A DNA stretch of 64,000 nt. Origin: an uncultured Acidobacteriota bacterium (lineage in GTDB: Bacteria > Acidobacteriota > UBA6911 > RPQK01 > JAPXNP01). The stretch's first letter is position 1; every line of letters starts with the position of its first letter. Position numbers and translations under genes: made by a program. The stretch is from positions 268,962-332,961 of the forward strand of contig CAVZRV010000035.1 of the NCBI GenBank assembly GCA_963777605.1. Direction: 5' to 3'. The notes under the pieces were generated by a model. The model was not told the DNA's origin. It searched no databases and worked only from the letters and a program-made list of their open reading frames with translations. This document shows positions 35,754 through 47,517 of the stretch, piece by piece.

Positions 35754-36017
35754 TAGGGAGCTTACCCTTTCTCAAACTCGCGGCAAGGTCTTTTCACGGC
35801 CAATCACAAATCGTAAATCGTAGATCGTAGATGTTTCTTAGCCCGGAGGGCGGCATGGAGTAGCCCAGGATGCAGCGAAGCGGAGTCCTGGGTCCCCCGG
35901 CCCGACATCAATCCCGAGTCCGCCTCGGCGGACGACATGATCGTAATTTCAACAATCCCTTGGATCCCCCAGCACAAGCACTGCGATCGCGGCCTGTAGG
36001 GTCGCGCCGGAATCCTC
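35754..36017. repeat. Composite intergenic direct repeat, copy 1 (264 bp matching 37628-37891; degenerate tail to ~36135)
   Basis: tagggagcttaccctttctcaaactcgcgg...gcgccggaatcctc; contains (AAATCGT/AGATCGT) heptamers and REP-like hairpins. Confidence 0.95.
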
Positions 36018-36186
36018 CCGTCCGTGAGCGGTAAATGCCTGTGCATAGGCGGCCCGGCGCATCACGACGGGAGCTGTCGCTTCGTGCAGTCCGGGTTCGG
36101 AGCTGCGCCGCACCCAGGCAAATGCCTGGGCTGTTCAAACGGATTCAAAGGCTCCGGCCCCCTCCCGGGGCCGGCCCGGCGCCGAA

Positions 36187-37507
36187 TCACGACCGGAACC
36201 TCGGAACCAACTTCTCTCGCTTCCCGCTTCCCGCAATTCGGTAGAGCGCCAGGAGCCCTCCGAGAAAAATCCAGAACAGCACGCTCGAGCGGAATCCCTT
36301 GAGGCCGATGTTGTAGGCGAAGGGGATAATCCAGTCTCCCAGCATTCCGGCCGACAGAGAGCCCAGCAGCCCGCCGAGGACGCCGACGGCGTAGGCTTCA
36401 ACGAAGGTTCCCCGGCCGCTCCGCCGCAGCTCCAGGCTCTTCATTCCCATCTCGGTGCTGAACCAGAGGAAGGTCAGAAGCCCGGCCAGCCCGACCTGGG
36501 CCACGATATCGAAGTAGTTGTTGTGGGAGTTGAAGTTGACGTACCAGCCCAGAATCGGGAACTGGGGAGTGTAAAAGTAGTAGTTGGCGGGACCGACTCC
36601 CAGGACCGGGTTCTTGCTCAGGATCTCGGAGACGATCCCCCAGGCCTGGAGGCGGGTCACCCAGCTGTACTGCTCGTTGATCATGAGGGCTTCCCAGATC
36701 CTGCCCAGCACCAGCAGGCCGGCCGGGAGGGCCAGCAGGCCGGCGCCGATGGAGAAGCGGGGAAAGCGAATCAGGACGATCAGGCCCACCGCCACCAGGC
36801 CCGGCAGCCACCCCGAGGCCCAGCTCAAGCGCGTCGCCAGGCCGATGCCGATGGGGGCCACCGCCAGCATGAGACACGCCGTCCGGGCAACCCGGCTCAA
36901 CTGCCGGTTGAACAGGGCCTGGCCAAGGCTCAGTGCGACGACCCAGGTCCAAAAGAGGCTTCCAATCGTAATCGGTATCGAGGACGACGGCCACCCAATC
37001 CCGAACCACCGGGACGGTTACCAGGGCGATGACCGCAGCCGAGACCGACAAAAAGAACCAGACCAGGCGCTCCAGCTGCCGGCGGCTCCGGACCAGGTGG
37101 GCAAAGAGGAGGAGGATGCCCCCTGACAGCAGGAAGATCGCGAGGCCGCCGAGCTGGGCCCGCATCGGGGCGCCCGCAATCGGGTACCAGGGGAACTGGC
37201 CGGCCAGGAAAGCCAACACGCAGACTCCCATGAATGCCAGCAGCGCGATCTCCGGTCGCGTGAAGTCGAGTTCGAGCTGCTTCTCGAGGACCACCTGGCG
37301 AACGACCCAAAGCCCGATCAGCCCGGCCGCCAGCAGGTGGACGACGTAGACCTGTCCCGCCAGATCGACCGGTACTGCGACACAGGCCAGCAGGAGCAGG
37401 TAGAGTCCCTTTTCCTGCCGCCGCAAAGCAATCGGCAGGGAGGCAACTCCCACCAGCGCTGCGAGCACCGCCGCCAAAGCCAATAAGTAGAGTTCGGGGG
37501 TGGTCAT
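36187..37507 (-). CDS. O-antigen ligase / Wzy_C family membrane protein (frameshifted near 36900-36960)
   Basis: Many TM helices; TRLQAW, NPVLGVGPANY, NSHNNYFDIVAQVGLAGL. Confidence 0.85.
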
Positions 37508-37569
37508 TGCAGGCAATTGGCGCCGTTCGTAGTTTGCATTTCGCTCTCGGCGTTCGGCTTATTCATATC

Positions 37570-37625
37570 GGGATTCGGGATTCGGGATTCGGGATTCGGG
37601 ATTCGGGATTCGGGATTCGGGATTC
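37570..37625. repeat. Heptamer tandem array (GGGATTC)8
   Basis: Read directly. Confidence 0.95.
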
Positions 37626-37627
37626 GG

Positions 37628-38028
37628 TAGGGAGCTTACCCTTTCTCAAACTCGCGGCAAGGTCTTTTCACGGCCAATCACAAATCGTAAATCGTAGATC
37701 GTAGATGTTTCTTAGCCCGGAGGGCGGCATGGAGTAGCCCAGGATGCAGCGAAGCGGAGTCCTGGGTCCCCCGGCCCGACATCAATCCCGAGTCCGCCTC
37801 GGCGGACGACATGATCGTAATTTCAACAATCCCTTGGATCCCCCAGCACAAGCACTGCGATCGCGGCCTGTAGGGTCGCGCCGGAATCCTCTCGTCCGGA
37901 GCGGTGTGCAGCCCCTTCAGGGCTGGATTCTTGATGGGTGGACCGCGCACCCAGGCAAATGCCTGGGCTGAAACAGGCCCCCTTCAGGGGCCGGCCCAGC
38001 GGCATTACGACGGGAGCTTTCGCTTCCG
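37628..38028. repeat. Composite intergenic direct repeat, copy 2
   Basis: Matches copy 1 over 264 bp and copy 3 (40139-40533) over ~395 bp. Confidence 0.95.
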
Positions 38029-38050
38029 TGCGGTTTGCCGGGGTTCAAAG

Positions 38051-38168
38051 GGGGCTGTTGCAAAACTCCAAAAAGGCCCAATTCAGGTGCCACCTATAGG
38101 GAGGCCGTCCTACTGAACCCAAGATATGGGGTATGTTTTGCGGTCCAAACGACTTTTGCAACAGCCCC
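38051..38168. mobile_element. 118-bp MITE
   Basis: Perfect 15-bp TIRs ggggctgttgcaaaa / ttttgcaacagcccc; 9-bp direct repeat ggttcaaag at 38042-38050 and 38169-38177. Confidence 0.88.
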
Positions 38169-38373
38169 GGTTCAAAGCGGAAGCTCTCGCTTCCGCACTC
38201 CACATGGATCTCGACGACGCGAACAACCTAACCATTCTGTCGTTCGACGAATTCAAGGAGCCACAGTCTCCGGTCTCGGGTCTCCCGCCTCCAACTCCCG
38301 CTATCCGAATCCCGGTTCCCACCCGAAACCAGGCACCCCGGAACCCGGAACCCGGAATCGGCCGCTTCGCGCC

Positions 38374-40050
38374 CTACCTCCCCAACGCCCATCCGAGATG
38401 CTCGACCCCAACCCGGACGGCCCGCTTGAAGGTGTGCAGGTCCGAGGCCAGCATCTTGAGGTAGGTCACCGCAGGGCCGGGACGGAAGGCCCACTCCCGG
38501 AACGCCCGCCGCTGCCAGTAGGTCAGGTCCTCGGCCGACAGGTTGTCGTACTGCAGGACGGTTTCCTTGTCCATATCGACCTGCTCCCACCGGGTCCCTT
38601 CCCGGAACCAGCCGTTTTTCACGACCTCGAAGAAGAAGGGGGTCCCCGGGTAGGGGGCGGCCACGTGGAAAAGGGCCAACTCGAGGGGCAGCGTCTTCGA
38701 CAGCGCGATGGTTTCCTGGATGGTCTCCACGGTCTCTCCGGGCAGCCCGATGATGAAATAACCCCAGTTCTTGATTCCCGCCTGGCGCGCCCACAGGAGA
38801 GCTTCCCGGGCCTTTTTCGGGTTGGCTCCCTTGGCCGCCTTCCTGAGGATCAACTCGTTGCCGCTCTCGATGCCCCACGAGATCATCCAGCAGCCCGCCT
38901 TCCCCATCATCCGCAGCATCTCCTCGTCCACGAAATCGACCCGGCTGTTGCAGGTCCAGCGCAGCTTCAACCCTTCTTTCAGGATACCTTCACAGATCCC
39001 GATCACCTGGTCCCGGTTGACCGTAAACAAGTCGGCATACATGTGGATGTTGCGGATGCCAAGGCCGTAAAGGATTTTCAGTTCCTCGACAACCCGTTCC
39101 GGGGTCAGCAGCCGCACCGACCACTGGTAGGAGACGTGCTTGATGCAGTACTTGCAGCCGGCCGGGCAACCGCGGCTGGTAAGAACAAAGCAGAAGGGCC
39201 CCTTCATCAGGGGCATCCGGTACTGGTCGAGCGGCAGCAGATCGTAGCGGGGGACGGGAAGGTCGTTGAGGTCGCGCACGAAACTCCGGTCCAGGTTGCG
39301 CCGGACCTCGCCGCGGTCTCGCCAGACCAGTCCCTTGACCCGGGAGAGGTCACCGGTTCCCGGCGTATCGGTCGAGTCCGGGACAGGCTCCCAGCCGGGG
39401 TCCGCCGCTTTGAAGAGCGCTTCCACCCACTCCGGGCGGTCGTTCTGGCGCCCTTCCAGGACGTCGATCAGCTCCCTCAGGGTCAACTCAGGCTCTCCGC
39501 GGAGGACGAAGTCGAGGGCGGGGAAGTCCCGCATCGTCTCGTTGGGCATCGGCGTAACGTGGGTTCCGAAGGCCATCGTCCGGGCCCCGATCGAGCGGGC
39601 CAGCATGACCCCGTACATGTCGTTGGTCAGGGTCGGGGCCGTCGCCTGGGTCAGGTAGTAGCGGGGGGCCTTTTCCCTCAGGATCTCCTCGAACCGGGCC
39701 CAGGACATGCGCTCGGCAATCGCGTCCACGACGGCGACCGAGTAGTCGGGTTCCAGCATGGCGGCCAGTTGTGCCAGGGAACACTGCGGCCAGACCATCT
39801 CCTCGCGGCTGCGCCGGCCGACCCGGTGCTGGGTGCGAATCCAGATTCCGCCGTCGGGCGAGGGAGGGTTCACCAGGAGGACATCGACTGTCCCTGGCGG
39901 CCGTGTTTTCCGGGAGTCTTCCACAACGGCCCCCGCGTCGGGGAACTGGGCCTCCTTGAGCGGCCGGACCCCCCGGGTTCCCAGGTTGTGCCGGAGATGA
40001 TCCGGGATTTCGTTGCGTGCTCTTTTATTCTTGTCGTTGGTATCGGTCAA
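38374..40050 (-). CDS. Cobalamin-binding-domain radical SAM protein (HpnJ/BchE-like architecture)
   Basis: DVLLVNPP, FGTHVT, DFVLRGEPE, TSRGCPAGCKYC (CxxxCxxC), WGIESGNE, GYFIIGLPGET, PYPGTPF. Confidence 0.92.
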   Translation of the reverse strand: MTDTNDKNKRARNEIPDHLRHNLGTRGVRPLKEAQFPDAGAVVEDSRKTRPPGTVDVLLVNPPSPDGGIWIRTQHRVGRRSREEMVWPQCSLAQLAAMLEPDYSVAVVDAIAERMSWARFEEILREKAPRYYLTQATAPTLTNDMYGVMLARSIGARTMAFGTHVTPMPNETMRDFPALDFVLRGEPELTLRELIDVLEGRQNDRPEWVEALFKAADPGWEPVPDSTDTPGTGDLSRVKGLVWRDRGEVRRNLDRSFVRDLNDLPVPRYDLLPLDQYRMPLMKGPFCFVLTSRGCPAGCKYCIKHVSYQWSVRLLTPERVVEELKILYGLGIRNIHMYADLFTVNRDQVIGICEGILKEGLKLRWTCNSRVDFVDEEMLRMMGKAGCWMISWGIESGNELILRKAAKGANPKKAREALLWARQAGIKNWGYFIIGLPGETVETIQETIALSKTLPLELALFHVAAPYPGTPFFFEVVKNGWFREGTRWEQVDMDKETVLQYDNLSAEDLTYWQRRAFREWAFRPGPAVTYLKMLASDLHTFKRAVRVGVEHLGWALGR

Positions 40051-40138
40051 GACTTACTCCAGACTTCGGATTTATCGGGAATCGGGATTCAGGGATCTCG
40101 GGATTCCGGGATTCGGGATTCGGAACGCTTCGGGTCAG

Positions 40139-40533
40139 GCTTACCCTTTCTCAAATTCGCGGCAAGGTCTTTTCACGGCCAATCACAAATCGCAAATCGT
40201 AAATCGTAGATGTTTCTTAGCCCGGAGGGCGGCACGGAGTAGCCCAGGATGTAGCGAAGCGGAGTCCTGGGTCCCCCGGCCCGACATCAATCCCGAGTCC
40301 GCCTCGGCGGACGACATGATCGTAATTTCAACAATCCCTTGGATCCCCCAGCACAAGCACTGCGATCGCGGCCTGTAGGGTAGCGCCGGAATCCTCTCGT
40401 CCGGAGCGGTGTTCAGCCCCTTCAGGGCTGGATCCTTGATAGGTGGACCGCGCACCCAGGCATATGCCTGGGCTGAAACAGGCCCCCTTCAGGGGCCGGC
40501 CCGGCGGCATTACGACGGGAGCTTTCGCTTCCG
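40139..40533. repeat. Composite intergenic direct repeat, copy 3 (preceded by degenerate GGGATTC heptamers at 40076-40125)
   Basis: Colinear with 37634-38028 at a constant offset of 2505 bp, few substitutions. Confidence 0.95.
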
Positions 40534-40613
40534 CACTCCACATAAAATTCCGCCACGCTTGAGAGTCTGGCAAAACGGGATCGCCCCCTCGTTCAACGGA
40601 TCCAGAGGTCCCC

Positions 40614-40659
40614 ACCAGGAACCCGGAACCAGGAACCAGGAACCAGGAACCAGGAACCA
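40614..40659. repeat. Heptamer tandem array (ACCAGGA), ~6 units
   Basis: Read directly; abuts the stop codon at 40660. Confidence 0.93.
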
Positions 40660-41928
40660 TCAAACCACTCCCGAACAGTTGAAATCGGCTTCAATGCGGC
40701 CTTCCCGCTCGTGGAGGGTTTCCAGGATCCGCATCAGCAACCAGGAGAGAACCAGCTGAACGCCGACCAGGACGAAAAGGGCGCTGCCTACCAGCCAGAG
40801 CCAGAGCCTCGGGATCTCCCACCCGTTCAAACCCAGGGCCAGGCCGGTGATTCCCAGGGCGCCGCCAATCAGGGCGACCAGCAGCCCGACCCAGCCGAAG
40901 TGGCGCTCCAGCGCAGGACCAAAAATCCGGGAGCCGAAGTTCTCCTGGCGGATCGGACGGTGATGGAAAAGGGCCACCAGGTAGTTGAAGGAGTAGCCCA
41001 GCGAAAGGACGCTGACACCGGTAATCCCCAGCACCAGGCTGGCATAGACTGCGAAAACTCCCAACGAATCCAGCCGGGTAATTCCCTGCAACCGCATCAT
41101 CACGATGAGCCCGCCGAAAAGAACGGCGGCCGCCATGCTTCCCAAACCGACCAGTTCCAGCACCCGGGCCGGGTTGTACTCCAGGGCCGTCCAGATGATC
41201 GTTTTCAGAAAGCGGGTGCCGTCGCGGACTACGCTCAGCTTCGAACGCCCCGAGCGTTCGTGGTAGGCAATCGGGATCTCGGCGACCTGCAGCCCCTCGT
41301 GCACCGACCGGGTACTCATCACCGGGGTGAAGTTGAGCCCGTCCGGCAGAGGGTAGAGGCTGGAGAGTGCTTCGCGGCGAACCACCCGCATTCCGCTGGC
41401 AGGGTCCTGGACCCTGGTGTTGCCCAGGGTTGAAAGGAGCGTGGACCAGATCAGGTTGCCGAGGCGGCGCACTGCAGGCATCTCGCTTCGGGCGCCCGAA
41501 CGGCGCGACCCGACGGCGACGTCCGCTCCGTCATCCAGGATTGCGCTGCAGAGCTCGGCAAAGTGCTCGGGGGGGTAGGTGCTGTCGGCGTCGAGGAATG
41601 CCACCAGGTCTCCTCGCGACTGCGCGAATCCCGTCTTGATGGCGGCCCCGTAGCCCCGGTTGCGGTCGTGGCGGATCAGCCGGGCTTCCGGCATCGCCTC
41701 CACGATTCGGCCGGTGGCGTCGCTGGAACCGTCGTCAACCACGATGATCTCGAGGTCGTCGACGCCTGCGCCTCGAAGGGTGGGCGCGACGGAGGCCACT
41801 CGCCGGACGATGTCCGCGATCCCGTCCTCTTCATTCAGAGCGGGGATCACCACTGAAAGGCAGTGAGCCTGGCTCATCGGTTTAAGCACCGGTTCAGACG
41901 CTGAAGCAGAAATAGGGTTCAAGCTCAT
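40660..41928 (-). CDS. Glycosyltransferase family 2 (DPM1/polyprenol-phosphate glycosyltransferase-like) with C-terminal TM helices
   Basis: LSVVIPALNEE, VVDDGSSD, NRGYGAAIKTG, FLDADSTYPP, DPASGMR, ERSGRSKL, ~4 TM helices. Confidence 0.9.
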   Translation of the reverse strand: MSLNPISASASEPVLKPMSQAHCLSVVIPALNEEDGIADIVRRVASVAPTLRGAGVDDLEIIVVDDGSSDATGRIVEAMPEARLIRHDRNRGYGAAIKTGFAQSRGDLVAFLDADSTYPPEHFAELCSAILDDGADVAVGSRRSGARSEMPAVRRLGNLIWSTLLSTLGNTRVQDPASGMRVVRREALSSLYPLPDGLNFTPVMSTRSVHEGLQVAEIPIAYHERSGRSKLSVVRDGTRFLKTIIWTALEYNPARVLELVGLGSMAAAVLFGGLIVMMRLQGITRLDSLGVFAVYASLVLGITGVSVLSLGYSFNYLVALFHHRPIRQENFGSRIFGPALERHFGWVGLLVALIGGALGITGLALGLNGWEIPRLWLWLVGSALFVLVGVQLVLSWLLMRILETLHEREGRIEADFNCSGVV

Positions 41929-41955
41929 AATGATTCACTCCTCGGGAGAGGGGTT

Positions 41956-42121
41956 TCGGGAATCGGGAATCGGGAAAGGAGTGCCCTGGTTCCTCGTTCA
42001 ATGTTCAATGTTTCGGGTCAGGCGACACTTCAATTTGGAGTGCTGGAAGCGACAGCTTCCGCTTTTGCCCAACGCGGAACGGTTCGGACGGGGTCAGGAA
42101 GCGAAAGCTTCCGTTGCCTTC
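41956..42121. repeat. ~165-bp direct repeat, copy A (heptamers + GGAGTGC-type REP doublet)
   Basis: Near-identical to 43450-43616. Confidence 0.92.
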
Positions 42122-42368
42122 CATACGCGGGGACTGCCCAGACGCCTTCATCTCAAGGACGTGGCTGGCTCGCATTCAGTACGCGAGTAGAGCGAGCGCG
42201 ACGCCGGATGAACTGCAACCGGCTACCGTGGATCTTGCCTCCCCGATCGAAGTCCTCCTCCGGCAACAACCACACGTCTTGTCGCGTCCCCAGCGTCCCC
42301 GGCTTCCGGAATTGCTTCCGGTGGCTGCTGAACATCTGGAGAAGCGCTCGCCCTTGACGCGGGGGCAC

Positions 42369-43394
<1,026 letters not shown>

Positions 43395-43397
43395 TGT

Positions 43398-43616
43398 GGG
43401 ATTCGGGAATCGGGAATCGGGATTCGGGAATCGGGATCGGAATCGGGAATCGGGAATCGGGAATCGGGTAAGGAGTGTCCTGGTTCCTCGTTCAATGTTC
43501 AATGTTTCGGGTCAGGCGACACTTCAATTTGGAGTGCTGGAAGCGACAGCTTCCGCTTTTGCCCACCGCGGAACGGTTCGGATCGGGGTCAGGAAGCGAA
43601 AGCTTCCGTTGCCTTC
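43398..43616. repeat. (GGGAATC)~10 array followed by ~165-bp direct repeat copy B
   Basis: Array at 43398-43468 abuts the ATG at 43394; 43450-43616 matches 41956-42121. Confidence 0.92.
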
Positions 43617-43708
43617 AAAGGATTCACTGTCTCCGGTCTCGGGTCTCCCGTTTCCACCAGGAACCAGGAACCAGAAACCCGAACCAGGCGACGAAGGCGA
43701 CGCATCCC

Positions 43709-45933
43709 CTACGACTTCGCCTCTCCCCGCCCGGCGCCGTAATAGCTGTCATCCCGATAATACCTGTAGTAATGGGAATCGCCCTGCGTCGGGTTGGCCC
43801 CGTTGAGGATCATCCCGATGACGTTGGCACCCGAATGCTGCAGGCTGACACGGGCCCGCTGGACCAGCTTGCGGGGGGTCGTTCCGGCCCGCACCACCAG
43901 CACCGACCCGTCCACTCTCGTGCCGAGCACCCGCGCGTCGGCGACGGTCAGCAGGGGCGGGCTGTCGATCAGGATGAAGCGGAACGCCTCTCCGAGTTCC
44001 TTGAGGAGAAACTGGAGCCGTTCCGACTGGAGCAGGGCAAGCGGGTTGGGCGCCCGCGGACCTGCGGCGATCAGGTGGAGGTTGGGGATGTCGGTCGCGT
44101 GGATCTGGGGCAGCGGATTGAGGTGGCCCGAGAGAAAGAGGCTCAGGCCGTTGTCCTGGCTGATCCCGAAGCCGTCGGCCAGCAGCGGCTTGCGCAGGTC
44201 CAGTTCCAGCAGAACCGTCCGCGACCCGCTCTCGGCCAGGGTCCGCCCCAACTGGGCCACCATGCTGGTCTTCCCCTCACCCGGGATCGCCGAGGTGACC
44301 AGGATCGAGCGGGGCGCCTGGTCCGAACAGGAGAGCAGGATCGAGGCGCAGATCCCCCGGAACGATTCCCGGACTTCCGAAGGAAGCGTCCCGGCCCCGT
44401 TGGTGGAGACCGCCTTCCTCACCATCGGAAGGATCGTGTGGGGATGATTCCCGTTGGTGCCCTTGAGAAGCTTCCGGTTGGACGGTTCCCTGCCCCGCTC
44501 CAGTTCCTTGACCTCGGGGACGGCTCCCAGTGACGGAAGGGCGAGCAGTCGCTCCCCCTCCTCCAGCGAAGTGATGGAGGTGTCCCAGGCGTCGGCGATG
44601 AAAGCGATGCAGACGCCGATCCCGAGGCCCAGCAGCGCGGCCAGGGAAAGGTTCCACACCGGCTTGGGGCTGTAAATCTTCGAGCTCTCCTGTCCTGGCT
44701 CGACGATGTGAACGTTGCCGAATTCCAGCCCCGCCGTGACGCTGGTCTGCTTGAGTCGCTCGAGCAGGCCCTTGTAGAGTTCCTCGTTGGTCTCCACGTC
44801 TCGCCGCAGGATGTTGTACTGGATCGAAGCCTCGTTGAGCTGGTTGACGAGCTGCTCCTGGCGGTTGTAGGAGTCGGAGAGCATGCGGTAGCGGCTTTGC
44901 ACCGTCTTCAGGTCGACTTGGGCTTCCTGGCGCGCCGCCGCGATCGCCGCCGCCTTCTGCTGCACCAGTTGCTTCCTGGCCAGTTCGAGTTCCTGTCGCT
45001 TCTGCACTACCGCCGGCCAGTTCTCGCCAAACCGCTGCAGGAGACCGGTCAGGTCGTGCTCGAGCTGGAGCTGCCTCGAAGATAGATCGGTGATGACCGG
45101 GGAAATCAGCCTCTCGGGAAAGTCCTCGGGCGTCGCTCCGTCGAAGCTCGACAGCTTGGAGCGAGCCGTGATCAACTCGGCCTCGATCTTCGAGACCTCC
45201 TGTCCCAAAAAGGCCAGCTTGTCCTCCACGATTCCCGACTTCTCCTGGTTCAGGCTCATCATGCTGTTGTCCCGGGCGTACGTCACCATCTGCTTCTCGG
45301 AGGCCTGCACCCTCTGCCGCAGCTCGGCGAGCTCGCGCTCGAGGAAACTGCGGGCCTTCTCCCGGGTCTCCTGGCGGGCCTGGAAGTGGAGCTTGATGTA
45401 CTCCTCGGCGAACAGGTTGACGACCTGCGCCGCCAGCTCCGGTCGGGGCGCCAGGCAGCTGAGCTGAAACAGCTTGGTGTTCTCGACCCGCTGCACGTCC
45501 AGGGTCTCCACCACGGGCAGGGCCTCTTCGATCTGGGCCGGGGAAAGCTCGCCGCGCAACCGCTGCTCGACCCGGGCCGTCAGGGTCGGCCCCTGGAGCA
45601 CCTGGTCCTCGGTCTTCATGTAGAGCTCGTAGTTGGCTTCGCCGTCGATCAACTCGGTGACGTCCCGGTAGGGAAGCACCCGGGCCGGCTCGGCGTCGAT
45701 CTCCAGAATGACGGTCGACCGGTACTGCGGCGTGGCCATAAAGGTAAACAAGGCAGCCGGGATGATGACCAGGACGGTCACCAGCAGGATGAGGATACTT
45801 GCGGCGCAACAGCGTGGCCAGGATCTGGGCCGCTTCCCGCGGTTCTTCGATCCCGCCCGGAGCTGGTTCAATGGCCAGGTCCCGAACCGGGCCCTGGATC
45901 TCAGTCGGTGTTCGCTTTTCGAAGGTCGCTCAC
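43709..45933 (-). CDS. wzc: Polysaccharide co-polymerase / BY-kinase (Wzc/GumC family); 5' end frameshifted
   Basis: TM + TPQYRS, coiled coil, second TM, ESFRGICASI, SAIPGEGKTS (Walker A), ILIDSPP, Tyr cluster HYYRYYRDDSYYG; GGAG + GTG start at 45933. Confidence 0.92.
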
Positions 45934-46141
45934 GGGGTTACTCCGCGGACGGGACGTGCCCGTCCAGTATAGGGGTCAGGTTAAAACACCGGAAATTCAG
46001 CTAATTAGCGGAACTGAGCAAGAGGATTCGAGTTCGAAATTGAACTGAAGATGCGTCCGAAAGAGTGATGATATTTGCTCAATCAGGGTAGGCTCCGCCC
46101 CTGTCACTTACAGAAAAGTGGGACCGGCTAACCGTGGTTAA

Positions 46142-46157
46142 TGCACTTTCAGTGCCA
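46142..46157 (-). promoter_or_regulatory. Sigma54 -24/-12 promoter of the EPS operon
   Basis: Minus strand TGGCACTGAAAGTGCA (GG-N10-GC), ~210 bp upstream of wzc. Confidence 0.7.
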
Positions 46158-46342
46158 ACATAACGGCCGGAAAGACAGGAGGGTGAGAAGGCCCTGACCG
46201 GCACAGGCTTTCCGCCCCATCGCCCGCGGAAACCCGCATCAGGACTGGGTAACCCGCTTCCACACCAATTGTGAAGTTGACCACCCTGTGTCATAACGTT
46301 TGGTTATTTTACAAAAGCGTTCTTTACCAGAGCGCAAAGAGT

Positions 46343-46359
46343 TGTCAGGATTATTTACA
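46343..46359. promoter_or_regulatory. 17-bp TGT-N11-ACA palindrome, candidate PrsR enhancer
   Basis: TGTCAGGATTATTTACA; the same motif class recurs at 48272, 49122, 49405 and 59622. Confidence 0.55.
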
Positions 46360-46387
46360 TCAAGCCGGGCGTGGGACGAGCGTCCCC

Positions 46388-47234
46388 GAGGGTGTCTCAA
46401 AAAACAGGTTCACGGCGGGTAATTTCCGCCCGGTGTGGGCTTGAATCCATTCCAGCGGCGGAAGAATCGGATGTGAAGTGCGCTCGACTTCGCGGAATGG
46501 CCACCGCCGACCGCGGCTCGGCGATCGAGTACGACCGTTCTGCTCCCTTTAGCCGGTGGCCAACTGGAACTTCCCCGCTTGCCACAGCCGGAGCAACTTC
46601 TTGAGATTGTGGGTCACGCACAGCATGGCCCACTGGGACTGGACCCCGTCCAGTCCCCACATCGTCCACCGCCGGAATCCCATGTTGTGTTTGAGCTGCG
46701 CGAAAACCGGCTCCACGATCACCTTCCGCCGGCTCAGCTTTTCCTTGGCATCGTCCTGACTCTGGCGCCGCCGCTGCTCATCCACCGCTTTCCGATACGG
46801 ACTGATGAGGACCTGTCGACCCCGTTCTCCAGAACTACACTCGGCCGCTGCCGGACAGTGCCGAAACTTCACACACTGATACCGTCGATCCTTCCATTCA
46901 CGCCGGCTGCTGGCACGCTCCTTCCAGCCGCCGCGGACTGCGCAGGTGGTTCAGGTACCCATACAGCCACGCCTTCAGCAGCAACTCCGCACCGTAATGC
47001 GGTCGGCCCTGGCCCGCGTTCCCAATCCGCTTTCGCTCTGCCCGCAGTCCCAGTTCTTCCAGGTCCAGTTCGTCCACCACCCCGCGAATAAACCGGGCCG
47101 GATGATCCGCTCCGACCCAGTCTTCCAACACCGGGGGAAACAGGTAGGTCTCACTATAGTCCGCTCTGATTTGTCGGGTCACAGCGCTATTTAAAAAGTT
47201 GAGTCTGCGATTCTTCTCTTTTTGAGACACCCTC
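46388..47234 (-). mobile_element. IS1182-family element with internally deleted transposase
   Basis: 16-bp perfect TIR gagggtgtctcaaaaa; gtcccc duplicated at 46382-46387 and 47235-47240. N-terminal YLFPPVLEDWV..DHPARFI..GRPHY..LLLKAWLYGY is joined to C-terminal RRKVIVEPVFAQLKHNMGFRRW..HNLKKL. Confidence 0.9.
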
Positions 47235-47461
47235 GTCCCCGCTTGTCTCCGTGGCACGGGCAACCATCCTGAACTGGTATGTCGCCAAGAAACCCGAGCA
47301 GAGGACCCACGACCAGATTCATTAGACACGGTTTGTTCTGCCATCAGATGAAGAACTCCCAAATACTCCTTGTGTTTGTCGGGTCGAACTTCTAGGCTGA
47401 TTCAGGTTCTAGCGAAGCTGGAACAGCCGAATAACTGCCAACTGAGAAGACTCTAGAAATG

Positions 47462-47484
47462 AAAAGGCCGCCTAACGGCGGCCT
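47462..47484 (-). terminator. Rho-independent terminator
   Basis: aggccgcc-taac-ggcggcct hairpin followed by a T run on the minus strand, after the PEP-CTERM stop. Confidence 0.65.
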
Positions 47485-47517
47485 AGTTAGAAGTCGAGAA
47501 GAATTGACCTTAATCGC

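Noticed and set aside
35804-40455. Three near-identical 80-90 aa ORFs (…RSQCLCWGIQGIVEITIMSS…) as RiPP precursors for the neighbouring radical SAM enzyme
   Set aside because: They are translations of the palindromic DNA repeat. Conservation extends beyond the ORFs, the starts differ, there is no RBS, and related DNA occurs inverted elsewhere. The SAM enzyme is B12-type with no SPASM or RRE domain seen.
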